64,000 bases of DNA from Polyangiaceae bacterium. GTDB taxonomy: Bacteria; Myxococcota_A; Polyangia; Polyangiales; Polyangiaceae. Both the position numbers and the translations under genes were made by a program. Location of the stretch: positions 3,360,001 to 3,424,000 of the forward strand of contig CBDCTZ010000016.1 in NCBI GenBank assembly GCA_965222375.1. Reading direction: 5' to 3'. Within the stretch, counting starts at the first letter, position 1. Every line of letters starts with the position of its first letter. Shown here in pieces: positions 45,438-55,787 of this stretch. The notes beneath the pieces are model-generated. The model did not search any database, was not told the origin of the DNA, and saw only the letters and a program-made list of their open reading frames with translations.

Positions 45438-47789
45438 CTAGCGTCGACCGGTGCCGCGTCTCGGGCGTGCGCGGCGCCGGGCCATGGGGGGCAGTGGAGA
45501 CTGGGTGGCTGGTTCGTCGACGACGAGCTGGAAGCCAGCGGCGAAGAGATCCTGGACGCGCATCTGCTCGCCGACCACGAAAGCGGCGGCGCGGGCGATG
45601 ACCTCGCCGAGTTCGGCTTCGTTGCCGGGCCAGGTGTGCTCCATCAATAGCCGCAGCGCAGAGCCGTCCACGCCGAGGGGCTTGCCGTGCAGTCGCAGCC
45701 CGGTGCGGGCCAGGGTATCGAGAATCAGGCTTCGGATGTCTTCACCCCGGTCGATCAGGCGCGGGAGCGCGAGGCTGCCCTGGGACAGGAAGCGACTCAG
45801 GCCTGGCTGTAGCTTGCCCGCTCCGATCAAGGACTCCAGGGGCTCCAGGCCGGTGGCGATCAGGCCGGGAGGTAGGACCGTGGAGCGGGGGGTTTGCGCG
45901 CTTGCGCGGGCCAGGGCGCGCTGCAGGGTGGTTTGCACCGGTGCCGGAAGGGCGAACACGTCGGCAATGAAGAGCGTTCCGCCGTCCGCCAAGGCGAGGG
46001 GAGAGTGAGAGGCGTCCTCCCAGCGCTCGATGTCGTGTTCACGCCCATGGGTCGCGTCGACGATCACGAACGGGCCGCCAGAGCGGGGCCCCGCGAGATG
46101 TGCGATGGCTGCCCAGGCGACGCCATCGCAGCCTCGGGGTGCTTGCAGGTACAGGGTGGCGCCGATCCGGCCGAAACGCTCCAGAGATTCGAGGGCGGCG
46201 CGGGCCGAAGGGCTAAAAGCGGTAGAGCGGACGCGCCCTGCCAGGCGCTCGGCCATGGCACGATGCCGGCCTTCGTCCAAGCTGATCACATGTTCGAGTC
46301 GATGCACTTCGTCGTCCGCGGAGTCGGCTCGCGCGATGGCGGAGAGTTCTCGCTCCCGAGACCGAGCCAAGGCTGAGGACACGGATAGAAGTGAACTGAT
46401 GCGATCCGTGAGCAGACGAATGCCGCGTGCTTCTTCTAGACTCAGCGGACTGCGTCGACTGGTCTTGGGAAGCAAGATGAAGCCGAGTGGACCGTCATCG
46501 TCGACCACCACGGTCGCCGAAGCCGCGTGCCGACTCTCCAACCAGGACAAGATTGGGCGAACCTCCGGACGGCGCACCTGGAGCTGGCGCAGCACTTCTG
46601 CGCGAAGGGTGCGTTCGGGCTCCTCCAACGCCAGGGTGTAGAGCCGCTCTGGGGCCTCGGCGGGCTTTTCATGCAGGTAGCCAGCGATGTCGACGCTGAG
46701 CACGGCTGGTGGACTGGTGCGCCATAGCTCGGGCCGGGCATTGGGGCTCGGACTGGCTTTGGTGAGGGCGAAGAGCGCTTGGGAGAGCGCTGCCTCGGGT
46801 TCGGGGATCAGGGCTGCACGGCTCGCGGCCCCAACAGCTTCCAGCCAACGCGACTGGTCCGGCCCCAGTGGACGCGCGACCTTGCGGGCAACGACGCCGA
46901 CGACGATGGCCATGGCACAGGCGACCAGCACCACGGCGCCGGCGTGGTGCGGGGCTTTGCGCGCAATGAAGCCTGCAATCAGCATCAAGGGTACGCCCAA
47001 CAACAGCACCGCCAGAGTTCCTCGGAGCGCGCTGGTCACGCTGCTGGGTTGGCGGACGCTTGCCGCCCAAGTGCATGCGGCCCCGGCGCCGAGGGCAAAG
47101 GCCGGCACGATGCGATCCGGAGCGGCGACGTCCAAGAATGCCGCTGGGATGGCAGCGCCCACTGCCGCGAGGGAGAGGGCGAAGGCGCCCGACGCTCGGT
47201 CGTGGGCTCCGAGCTCGTTGCGTCGAAGCAGCTTGATGCGCCAAGCAGCCGCAACGAGCACCAAGAGGCTCGCCGCGCCGGCAGTGGTTGTCGCGTAGTC
47301 GACAGCGAGCGGATCGAGCAGAACGCTCCGCTGCGCGAACAGCGCGCGGGCTCCGGGCAGTGCCGTGGCGATGCCCCAGAGAAGACCTGCGAAGGATGCC
47401 GCGTCGAGGGAGCGCGATGCGCGAGGTACGCTGAGCAGTCCGCCAAAGCTGCCGATGCGCGCTAGTGCGATCAATGCCGCCACCACCACAGTGCCAGTCG
47501 CCAGGTTGGCAGCCGCGTCGAGGCTCGGTCGACCCGTAGCTCCGGAGCGAGCGGCGAGCCACACGGCAGCTCCCCACGCGACCGCTCGTAGGGCGAGCCT
47601 GGCGGTGCGCTCGGTGTGGTCTTCTGCGTCGCGAGGTGCTTCGGTGCGACGCCATACCCAGAACACGAAGATGGGTAGGAGTAACAGCGCGACGGTGGGC
47701 AACTTGCCCGAGTAGCCACGCATCGCAGCGAAGCACACATATGCCACCACCGAGGCGGGCAGCAGCGCTGATGTGATCAGAGGCCTCAC
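45438..47789 (-). CDS. Polytopic membrane protein with degenerate sigma54-activator-like AAA domain
   Basis: About 9 TM helices; LADGGTLF, R.EDI, HTWPGNEAEL; no Walker A Lys, GAFTGA or HTH. Confidence 0.8.
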   Translation of the reverse strand: MRPLITSALLPASVVAYVCFAAMRGYSGKLPTVALLLLPIFVFWVWRRTEAPRDAEDHTERTARLALRAVAWGAAVWLAARSGATGRPSLDAAANLATGTVVVAALIALARIGSFGGLLSVPRASRSLDAASFAGLLWGIATALPGARALFAQRSVLLDPLAVDYATTTAGAASLLVLVAAAWRIKLLRRNELGAHDRASGAFALSLAAVGAAIPAAFLDVAAPDRIVPAFALGAGAACTWAASVRQPSSVTSALRGTLAVLLLGVPLMLIAGFIARKAPHHAGAVVLVACAMAIVVGVVARKVARPLGPDQSRWLEAVGAASRAALIPEPEAALSQALFALTKASPSPNARPELWRTSPPAVLSVDIAGYLHEKPAEAPERLYTLALEEPERTLRAEVLRQLQVRRPEVRPILSWLESRHAASATVVVDDDGPLGFILLPKTSRRSPLSLEEARGIRLLTDRISSLLSVSSALARSRERELSAIARADSADDEVHRLEHVISLDEGRHRAMAERLAGRVRSTAFSPSARAALESLERFGRIGATLYLQAPRGCDGVAWAAIAHLAGPRSGGPFVIVDATHGREHDIERWEDASHSPLALADGGTLFIADVFALPAPVQTTLQRALARASAQTPRSTVLPPGLIATGLEPLESLIGAGKLQPGLSRFLSQGSLALPRLIDRGEDIRSLILDTLARTGLRLHGKPLGVDGSALRLLMEHTWPGNEAELGEVIARAAAFVVGEQMRVQDLFAAGFQLVVDEPATQSPLPPMARRRARPRRGTGRR

Positions 47790-47872
47790 GACGAGATCCT
47801 AAGCCAGCCGGCGGCAGACGGGAAAACCCGCGCAGTCTCCCGGCGCACCATCAGGCCGAAAAAGCGCCAGCT

Positions 47873-48907
47873 TCAGGGAGCTTTGGCCTTCTTGGCGGCT
47901 TTTGCTTCCTTGGCGAGCTTCACGAAGCGTTGCTCGGCCCCGGACGGGGTGTAGAGCTGAATTGCCAGCAGCTCTTGCTTTCCACTCGCGGAAAAGGAGT
48001 GTTTCTGCCCTTTGGGGATGTGGAACACCGAACCGGGTTTGACCACATGTTCGGTGCCGGCGAGGGTCATTTTGCCGCTCCCGGACAGTACCGCCAGATG
48101 CTCCCAGCTCTTGTGGTCGTGTTCGGCTACCGATCCGTCGCTGCTAGCGCGCAGGAGCCCGAAGCTTGCTGGCAGCGGTATTTTGGCGCCACCTAGTCCG
48201 ATTCTGGTATGGAACGCGCCGCCCGCCCAAGCATGGTCGTCTACTTTGTCGAACACGAAGCTGAACAACGGAGAGGGGCGTTTCTTCCAGCGCACTTCCC
48301 AGGGCTTGGTTTTCGCTCGCGTTAGCGAGGTGTCCAGGTCGGCCTTGGTGGTGACGACAACCAGCACGGCTTTGGCGCTTTGCTCCCGCGCCTTGAGGAT
48401 GACGCCACAACCGGGTGCCCGAGCCGCTCCCCATGCGCTCAAGGCTTGAGCGCCGCGGCCGTCGTCGCCGCTGAAGAGTAGTTTGCCGTCCAACACCAGT
48501 GCGAAGCATTCCAGCTCGTGGTGTCGAGGCAGAACCAGCGTGGAGCCCTTCGCGACTTCGTGGGTCCAGATCGCGGCGGGGCTGGGCGCCCCCGTCGGTA
48601 TTCCTTTGGCGAGAGCAGCCTCGGGAAGGAACCCCTTGAGCTCGCACTTCTTCTTGGTGCACTTTGCGTCTCGGGCCAACGCGACCTTCGGCGGCGTGGG
48701 CAGTTTCGCGTCTATGGCCGTGGGGCCCTGGGACGGAGCGGGCGTAGCGGCTTCGGGCTCGTCGGAGTCGCCGAAGTCGTCGTCTTCGGCAAAGGGGATG
48801 TAGGGCAGGCTTGCGGGCCCCGGCGCAGGCCATTGGGTATCCGGGGCTGTGCGTGAACATCCGCAAGCGAGCAATGCCAGCAATGCGGAGGTGAGGGCGC
48901 GGTGCAT
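47873..48907 (-). CDS. Cupin-domain lipoprotein
   Basis: Lipobox ACGC; EHDH..WEHLAVLSGSG...PGSVFHIPKGQKHSF. Confidence 0.8.
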   Translation of the reverse strand: MHRALTSALLALLACGCSRTAPDTQWPAPGPASLPYIPFAEDDDFGDSDEPEAATPAPSQGPTAIDAKLPTPPKVALARDAKCTKKKCELKGFLPEAALAKGIPTGAPSPAAIWTHEVAKGSTLVLPRHHELECFALVLDGKLLFSGDDGRGAQALSAWGAARAPGCGVILKAREQSAKAVLVVVTTKADLDTSLTRAKTKPWEVRWKKRPSPLFSFVFDKVDDHAWAGGAFHTRIGLGGAKIPLPASFGLLRASSDGSVAEHDHKSWEHLAVLSGSGKMTLAGTEHVVKPGSVFHIPKGQKHSFSASGKQELLAIQLYTPSGAEQRFVKLAKEAKAAKKAKAP

Positions 48908-49135
48908 GGCGAGACAAAACCGAAACTGTCTCTTCGCGTCCAGGCATAGACGAGACATTGCGACAAAAGTCCCGAATTCGTTCAAGAATCCTCCGGGCTG
49001 CGCGGGGACCATGTCAGAGCTTGTGAGTGTTGTGCGCATCCGGGCGCGGCTTGTTATCGTTGCGCGTGGGGCGCCTAGGTGCGCACACTCCGCGGCCGAG
49101 CCCAGTGGCGCGCCCCGAAATTGCTTCGAGACGAC

Positions 49136-50452
49136 ATGAAGAAAAACTACGTCCTCGACACGAACATCCTGCTTCACGATCCCTACGCAATCTTCAAGTT
49201 CGAGGACAACGATCTAATTCTCCCGATCTACGTCATCGAGGAGATCGACCAATTCAAGCGGGACAACGCCGAGCGCGGGCGCAACGCACGCACTGTCTCT
49301 CGCCTGTTGGATGCCTTGCGCGAACGCGGCGGTGGGCTGTCTGACCAGGTCCAGATGAAGGACGGCGGCTCCTTGCGGGTCTACGTTCCCGACCGTCGGC
49401 CCGAAGTCCCCATCGCTCTGGAGCCCTCTTCGGCGGATCACGCGATCATGCAATGTGCGCTCGACATCCGCGACGCCGAACCGGACACCCCCACGATCTT
49501 CGTGACCATGGACGTGAATCTGCGCATCCGCGCAGATGCCCTGGGGCTTCGTACCGAGTCCTACGAAAACCAATCCGTGGATATCGATCGCCTCGACTCG
49601 GGTGTCGTCGAACTCCCAGTCACAGCCGAGGAATTGGACTCTTTCTTCGACTCGGGCTCACTGTCGCGGGATGATGACACGCTCTACGCCAACGCTTGCA
49701 TCGTGCTGCGCGACAACGGCGCCCGTGCGCGAACCGCGCTGGGGCGGTTTCATGCGGAGAAGCACGAAGTGCGCGCTCTGCGCACGCCCCGGGAGGGCGT
49801 GATGGGCATTCGGCCGCGGAACAAGGAGCAGAGTTTCGCGCTGGATCTGCTGATGGACGATTCCGTTCGCCTCGTGACGATGGTGGGCAAGGCGGGCACC
49901 GGCAAGACCTTGCTCGCGCTGGCTGCGGGGCTGAAGCGCACTGCCGAAGATGGCTCCTATGCTCGACTCCTCGTGAGCCGACCGGTCATGCCCATGGGCC
50001 GGGACCTCGGCTACCTGCCTGGTGACGTCGAGGAGAAGCTGAACCCGTGGATGCAGCCGATTTTCGACAATCTGCAGTTCTTGCTCGTGGCAGGCGGAGG
50101 CAAGCGTCGCGGCATTCGCGGCTTTGAGGAGCTCTTCGAAAGCGGACAGCTGCAGGTCGAGCCCTTGACCTACATTCGCGGACGCAGCCTGCCGCAACAA
50201 TACGTGATCGTGGATGAGGCTCAGAATCTGACGCCCCACGAAGTCAAAACAGTCGTGACTCGCTGCGGGGAGGGCACGAAGATCGTGCTCACAGGGGACC
50301 CCTTTCAGATCGACAACCCCTACGTGGACAGCGCGACGAACGGACTGTCAGTGACTGTTGATCGGCTTCGCGGGGAGGCGCTCATTGGGCACATGCTGCT
50401 CGCCAAGGGGGAACGGAGCGAGCTGGCGAACATCGCCGCCAACAAATTGTGA
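49136..50452 (+). CDS. PIN + PhoH ATPase (PhoH2-type)
   Basis: YVLDTNILLHDP; GKAGTGKT, LGYLPG, YIRGRS, DEAQN, GD..QID. Confidence 0.93.
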   Translation: MKKNYVLDTNILLHDPYAIFKFEDNDLILPIYVIEEIDQFKRDNAERGRNARTVSRLLDALRERGGGLSDQVQMKDGGSLRVYVPDRRPEVPIALEPSSADHAIMQCALDIRDAEPDTPTIFVTMDVNLRIRADALGLRTESYENQSVDIDRLDSGVVELPVTAEELDSFFDSGSLSRDDDTLYANACIVLRDNGARARTALGRFHAEKHEVRALRTPREGVMGIRPRNKEQSFALDLLMDDSVRLVTMVGKAGTGKTLLALAAGLKRTAEDGSYARLLVSRPVMPMGRDLGYLPGDVEEKLNPWMQPIFDNLQFLLVAGGGKRRGIRGFEELFESGQLQVEPLTYIRGRSLPQQYVIVDEAQNLTPHEVKTVVTRCGEGTKIVLTGDPFQIDNPYVDSATNGLSVTVDRLRGEALIGHMLLAKGERSELANIAANKL

Positions 50453-51537
50453 TGCGGCGTCGCGATCTCGAAATCCTGTTGGCGCGCGCCGAACGCAGCA
50501 TCGCGTTGCTCGAACGTTGTCGCCCCCTGAATTATCCGGCGGAGCGAGAGGACTTGCTGGCCGAGCTGCGGCGAGGAAACCCCCGTGAGCCGCGATTCCG
50601 CTACTCGGGCAGTTCGGGAGCCGCCCAGCTCAGCGATGGCTTGGCAACCCTAGCGGATGCCGCACGCCGCGGTGGAGCCTGGGGGGCCCTCTACTCCGAG
50701 CGGGCTTGGGAGCTGCATTTGGAAGCCGCACTAGTGGCTGTGGTGGGAACACCCAGGGCGAGGGCTCTCTCTCTCTCTCGCTTCGGAACGACGCAAGGGC
50801 CTGAGGTGGAGGCTGCCAGGCGGCTGGCAAACAGCTGGGCTCAGCTGTCGGTTTCCAAAGAGATTGCGCCGGTGTACGTGAGCGACGACTCGGAGCAGCC
50901 CAGGAGCCTCGTGAGTGCGATGCGGCGCGCCGTCGGGGAGCGGCGTATTGGATTTCGGATTGTGACCAGCCCTGAACTGACGAGCTCAGCGGCCACTGGG
51001 GATGGGGTCATAGTGGTGCGCGCGGGAATGAAGATGAGTGAGCTGTGCGGGAAGCGTGTCGTCATGCACGAAGTGCTGGGGCACGCGCTGCCACGGCATC
51101 GCGCCGTCGCAGAAGAAGTGGGGCTATACCGCGTGGGTTCGGCGGGAGGACCGGATGAAGAAGAAGGGCGAGCACTTCTGATCGAGGACCGCCACGAACT
51201 CATGGGCGCTCGGCGCAAGCGTCAACTGGGACTGCGGCATCTTGCGGCGCTCTCGGTGCACGAAGGTGCAACCTGGGTTGACACTGCGCGGCTGTTGCTT
51301 GCCCACGCTGCGGAGCATGCCGAGGCTGTCGACATCGCATCCCGGGCCCATCGCGGCGGTGGGTTGGGTCGAGAGGTCGTCTACCTGGAGTCGTTCTTGC
51401 GCCTGTCGGCCGCATTTGCCGAGGACCCGCACGCTGAACGATGCTTGGAGCGAGGGCGGGTTTCTGTTCGTTGTGGTCGGATTCTCGAGCGCTTGGGGCA
51501 GGCCCCCGAAGTGTTGCCGACAGTTCGTGCCGCATAA
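50449..51537 (+). CDS. DUF1704 / MATCAP-like metallopeptidase
   Basis: P.FRY, HEVLGH, EEGRA, RGGG..REVVYL. Confidence 0.75.
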   Translation: MMRRRDLEILLARAERSIALLERCRPLNYPAEREDLLAELRRGNPREPRFRYSGSSGAAQLSDGLATLADAARRGGAWGALYSERAWELHLEAALVAVVGTPRARALSLSRFGTTQGPEVEAARRLANSWAQLSVSKEIAPVYVSDDSEQPRSLVSAMRRAVGERRIGFRIVTSPELTSSAATGDGVIVVRAGMKMSELCGKRVVMHEVLGHALPRHRAVAEEVGLYRVGSAGGPDEEEGRALLIEDRHELMGARRKRQLGLRHLAALSVHEGATWVDTARLLLAHAAEHAEAVDIASRAHRGGGLGREVVYLESFLRLSAAFAEDPHAERCLERGRVSVRCGRILERLGQAPEVLPTVRAA

Positions 51538-51604
51538 AGCCCACAGGCTGGGCAGGTCTGATTGCGGAATTTTGCCGCTAGTACTAGTTGTTCCACTCAG
51601 TCCG

Positions 51605-54376
51605 ATGCGCCGTTTGCGGATGATCGTTGCTCTGGTTTTGGCTTTGGCCTGGCCCGGACATCTCTTGGCTCAAGAAGGCGAGCCGGAACCGGGTGACCGT
51701 GGAGCTGGCGCCGTGCCGCGGGGTGGAGCTGGCGCGGTTGCGCGACCCGCCGATGACGATGATGGCAAGGCGCCCAAGAAGCCGGTCATTGTGATGCCCA
51801 AGTTGAAGCGCTTCGTGGACGCTCCTTACCCCAAGGCCGCCCAGGACGCGGGGATCCAGGGTGATGTCGTTCTCTCCCTGACCATCGACGCGAAGGGTGT
51901 CGTCACGGCAGCAGAGGTCACCAAGCCGGCCGGAAATGGATTTGACGAGGCCGCGAAGAAGGCGGCGCTGCAGTTCGAGTTCGAGCCTGCCACTCGCAAC
52001 GGCAAACCCGTCGTCGCCAAGATCCTCTACAAGTACTCCTTCACCCTCAAGGAAGCGCCTCCGCCCAAAGGACCCGAAGCCAAGCCCACAACGGGCAACC
52101 TGGGCGGTAGCTTGCGGATTGCCGAGAACAACGCGCCTCTCGCTGGCGCGGAGGTGGTCGTCACTGGCCCGGGTGGGACGGAGCAGCGGGTCATCACGGA
52201 CGAAAGCGGCGCATGGCTCCTCGAAGGGATCCCTCCGGGCAAGTACCGGGTGCGCGCGTCCTCAGAGGGATTTCAGTCCAGGGAGGCCGAAGAAGAAGTC
52301 GTCGCTGGGGAAGCCACCGAGGTGACCTACCGCCTAGCGGTTCAGGTTGCCGAGGGCACTCTGGAGGTCGTGGTTCAGGGTGAGCGGCCCCCGCGGGAGG
52401 TCACTCGTCGGACCATCGAAAGACGGGAGATCAACCGGATCCCCGGGACCAGCGGCGACGCGCTGCGCTCGATTCAGAGCCTGCCTGGGGTGGCCAGGCC
52501 TCCTGGTCTCGCCGGCTTGCTGATCGTGCGGGGCTCCTCCCCCCAGGACACCCAGACCTTCGTGGACGGCAGCAATGTGCCACTGATCTATCACTTCGGC
52601 GGTCTATCCAGCGTGATCCCGACGGAGCTCCTGGACCGGATCGACTTCTACCCGGGAAACTTCAGCGCCCGATACGGTCGAGTCATGGGCGGCATCGTGG
52701 ATGTGGCACTGCGCGAGCCGGATACCAGCTGCAACGCGCCCTATGGGAAGCCGACCAAAGAAAAAGGCTGCTACCACGCCATGGCGCAGGTCGATTTGAT
52801 TGACGCTCGCGCCATGCTCCAGGGGCCGATTGGGCCTTTGGAGGATTGGAGCTTCGCGCTGGCGGGGCGTCGAAGTTGGATCGACGCTTGGATCACTCCC
52901 GTGCTCGAAGAGGCGGGAGCCGGCGTGACCAGCGCGCCGGTGTATTGGGACTATCAGGCGATTGCCGAGCACCGTCCGTCCAAGAACACTCGGCTGTCGA
53001 TGCGTGCTTTCGGGTCTGACGATCGCCTGGAGATCATCATCAACGACCCGGCTGCAAGCGACCCGGCCCTGGGCGGTAACCTGGTGCTGCGAACGGGGTT
53101 TCACCGGGTTCAGGCAATCTACGAGGGAGCGCTATCACCGGACGTGGACATCAACGCGATGGTCAGCGGTGGGTCCCAGTTGATTCGCTTCTCCATCGGC
53201 AACTTTTTGTTCAATTTGGACGTGTATCCGCTGACGACCCGCAGTGAGCTGGGTTTCAAACTCACCCGTGGCTTCAAGCTCAACGCGGGCATCGATTTCT
53301 TGCTTGCGCCAGCCCAGGTCGAGGTGCGCGCCCCCGCACCGCCGCGACCCGGTGAGCCGGACCCGGGTCCCTTCGCAACGCGGCCGCCCCTCGAAACGAA
53401 AGTCGATCTCACCATCTTCCGGCCGGCCTGGTACTTGGAAGGAGAGCTGACGCCGACCAAGCGGTTGCGCATCGTCCCCGGCGTCCGCGTCGATGCGGCT
53501 CGAGACACGGGGCACGCGGACTTCAGTCCCCGCGTCAACGCTCGCTACGACATCGTGTCGCCCACGGATGGCCAAGACGAGACGGCATTTGCCGGCAAGC
53601 GCAAACTACGTACGACCGTCAAAGGCGGCATCGGCGTGTTTCATCAGCCGCCCCAGTTTCAGGAAACCAACGAGGTGTTTGGTACGCCGGGCCTGCGCTC
53701 GAATCGGTCCATCCACTACTCCCTTGGCGTCGAGCAAGAGCTGACCCGTCAGGTCGAGCTGTCCGTGGAAGGCTTCTACAAGGACTTCACGCAGCTGGTT
53801 TCCCGCACTCCGAGCGCGTCGGGCACCTTCGACTACAACAACGAAGGTCTGGGCACCGCCGTGGGGCTCGAGACCCTGCTCAAGTACAAGCCGGACTCTC
53901 GCTTCTTCGGCTGGTTGGCCTACACCCTATCCCGCAGCGTGCGGCAGAACAGCCCCGACGAGGAAGAGTATCTGTTTCAGTTCGATCAGACGCACAACCT
54001 CATCGTATTGGGAAGCTACCGCTTGGGACGCGGATGGGAGTTCGGCGCACGCTTCCGAGTCGTCTCCGGGCCCTTGGAGACTCCAGTGCTCGGTCCTCCC
54101 GCGCTGCCTTCGCTGTACGCGGCGGACGCCGGCTCCTATACACGGCTGGACGGGGAATCTTTCAGCCGCCGCCTGCCCCTGTTTCACCAGCTGGACATGC
54201 GCGTCGACAAGCGCTGGCAGTTCAAAGAATGGCGCTTGAGCGCCTACCTCGACATTCAGAACGTCTACAATAATCAGGCCGTCGAGGCGCTTGTGTACAA
54301 TTACAACTTCAGCCAAGAAAGCTTCCAAACCGGGCTTCCCATCATCCCCTCGGTGGGGCTCAGGGGTGAGTTCTGA
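51605..54376 (+). CDS. TonB-dependent receptor fused to TonB C-terminal and carboxypeptidase-regulatory-like domains
   Basis: YP..AQDAGIQGDV...FEPA; PGKYRV; plug IPGTSGD..R.IQSLPGV; C-terminal GLRGEF. Confidence 0.92.
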   Translation: MRRLRMIVALVLALAWPGHLLAQEGEPEPGDRGAGAVPRGGAGAVARPADDDDGKAPKKPVIVMPKLKRFVDAPYPKAAQDAGIQGDVVLSLTIDAKGVVTAAEVTKPAGNGFDEAAKKAALQFEFEPATRNGKPVVAKILYKYSFTLKEAPPPKGPEAKPTTGNLGGSLRIAENNAPLAGAEVVVTGPGGTEQRVITDESGAWLLEGIPPGKYRVRASSEGFQSREAEEEVVAGEATEVTYRLAVQVAEGTLEVVVQGERPPREVTRRTIERREINRIPGTSGDALRSIQSLPGVARPPGLAGLLIVRGSSPQDTQTFVDGSNVPLIYHFGGLSSVIPTELLDRIDFYPGNFSARYGRVMGGIVDVALREPDTSCNAPYGKPTKEKGCYHAMAQVDLIDARAMLQGPIGPLEDWSFALAGRRSWIDAWITPVLEEAGAGVTSAPVYWDYQAIAEHRPSKNTRLSMRAFGSDDRLEIIINDPAASDPALGGNLVLRTGFHRVQAIYEGALSPDVDINAMVSGGSQLIRFSIGNFLFNLDVYPLTTRSELGFKLTRGFKLNAGIDFLLAPAQVEVRAPAPPRPGEPDPGPFATRPPLETKVDLTIFRPAWYLEGELTPTKRLRIVPGVRVDAARDTGHADFSPRVNARYDIVSPTDGQDETAFAGKRKLRTTVKGGIGVFHQPPQFQETNEVFGTPGLRSNRSIHYSLGVEQELTRQVELSVEGFYKDFTQLVSRTPSASGTFDYNNEGLGTAVGLETLLKYKPDSRFFGWLAYTLSRSVRQNSPDEEEYLFQFDQTHNLIVLGSYRLGRGWEFGARFRVVSGPLETPVLGPPALPSLYAADAGSYTRLDGESFSRRLPLFHQLDMRVDKRWQFKEWRLSAYLDIQNVYNNQAVEALVYNYNFSQESFQTGLPIIPSVGLRGEF

Positions 54377-55404
54377 TGCGCAGGGATCTCACAATTGTCC
54401 TCGCACTATGCGTCGCTGGCTGTGGCGTCGAGTTCGACCCCCAAAGCGAGGTCCGGTCTCTGCGCGTCTTGGCGGTGCAAAAGTCCGCGCCCTACGCTGC
54501 GCCCGGTGAGGATGTCGACTTGAGCATGCTTTGGTACGACGGTTCCCCAAAGGCGCCCCGCAATGTGCAGGTGGCTTGGATCACCGGGTGTTTCAACCCT
54601 CCCGGAGACTCCTTCTTCGGCTGCGGAGAGGTGTTCGGAGCTTCGGGCGCGGGTTCGAGCGGCGGTGGTGGCTTCGGGCTGCCACCGGGAGTGAGCGTGG
54701 GGTTTGGCGACAGCTTCAGCTTCCAAATGCCCTCGGACGTCATCTCGTCCCGCCCACCGCCGACGGACCCCGCGGTGCCGCGCTACGGCCTCGCCTTCGT
54801 GTTCTTCGCGGCCTGTGCCGGCACTCTGGGTGAGGCGCCGCCTGGGCAGCTGACCTTCCCGTTGGCTTGCTACGACGCTCACGGTGAGCCCTTGGGCTCT
54901 GATGATTTCGTCGCAGGCTACTCCTCGGTGTACGCCTACGACTCGCTGCGCAACGCCAACCCGGTGGTGACGGGCTTTTCTTTTGCGGGGCGGGAGGTAA
55001 CGCCGTCGTGCATCGGTGCCGCCTGCTTGACCACTCCGGTGAAAGCCATCGACTGCGATGCGGGCGACCCTTGCGTGAATGCCTGCGCCGATGATGGCGA
55101 TGAAAGCTGCCCCGACACCACGATGGCGCTGCGCATCGATCGCGCCAGTGCCGAAATCGACGAGGTGAGCAAGATCGCCTATGGGCGGAACTTCACCGAA
55201 CAGATGTGGTTGCGCTATTACGTCGAGCGGGGCTCGGTAAAAAGCGATGTGAAGCTCGTGAACGACGCCATCAAGGGCTGGAACGACGACTTTTCGACAG
55301 AATTCCGCGCTCCGAAGGCAAAGGGGGTCATGAGCATCTGGGCGGCGGTGCATGACAACCGTGGGGGCGTGGAATGGGCGCGCATCGAGGTCGGCATTCG
55401 CTGA
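54376..55404 (+). CDS. Lipoprotein partner of the TonB-dependent receptor
   Basis: Lipobox VAGC, LRVLAVQ..PYA.PG, AVHDNRGG.EW; overlaps the receptor stop. Confidence 0.8.
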   Translation: MRRDLTIVLALCVAGCGVEFDPQSEVRSLRVLAVQKSAPYAAPGEDVDLSMLWYDGSPKAPRNVQVAWITGCFNPPGDSFFGCGEVFGASGAGSSGGGGFGLPPGVSVGFGDSFSFQMPSDVISSRPPPTDPAVPRYGLAFVFFAACAGTLGEAPPGQLTFPLACYDAHGEPLGSDDFVAGYSSVYAYDSLRNANPVVTGFSFAGREVTPSCIGAACLTTPVKAIDCDAGDPCVNACADDGDESCPDTTMALRIDRASAEIDEVSKIAYGRNFTEQMWLRYYVERGSVKSDVKLVNDAIKGWNDDFSTEFRAPKAKGVMSIWAAVHDNRGGVEWARIEVGIR

Positions 55405-55787
55405 CTCGAGCTCTGCTGTTGCTGTGCTGGGCTTCGACCGCCGGCTGCAAGAGCAGGACCGAATCGAGGCCGGCATCCAGCAGGACCGGCGCGCGATCAC
55501 CTCAGGCGCGGCCTGTTGGCTCTGCGAACGCGGCCCCGACGGCCCCGGTTCGGGCTGACGCACACGTGGACCTCACCCGCCGCTCCCGCGACCACGGTGA
55601 TGCGCTGATGCAATCCGCTCAGAAGGACTGCGGCGTGGATGTAGATTGCCGTCACGGTTTGTGTCGCCGGCGCTGCCAGGCCTTCCTACGCGAGCTGGAC
55701 GCGGGACAAGCCAGCACCAACCAAAAGACGCGCGCGTTTCTCGGCTGCGTCGCGCAATGCGCCCGGCCCAGCGCCGCCGGCCCCTAG
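55374..55787 (+). CDS. Small Cys-rich putative lipoprotein (start uncertain)
   Basis: LLLLCWASTAGC; C-terminal Cys pattern. Confidence 0.45.
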   Translation: MGAHRGRHSLTRALLLLCWASTAGCKSRTESRPASSRTGARSPQARPVGSANAAPTAPVRADAHVDLTRRSRDHGDALMQSAQKDCGVDVDCRHGLCRRRCQAFLRELDAGQASTNQKTRAFLGCVAQCARPSAAGP

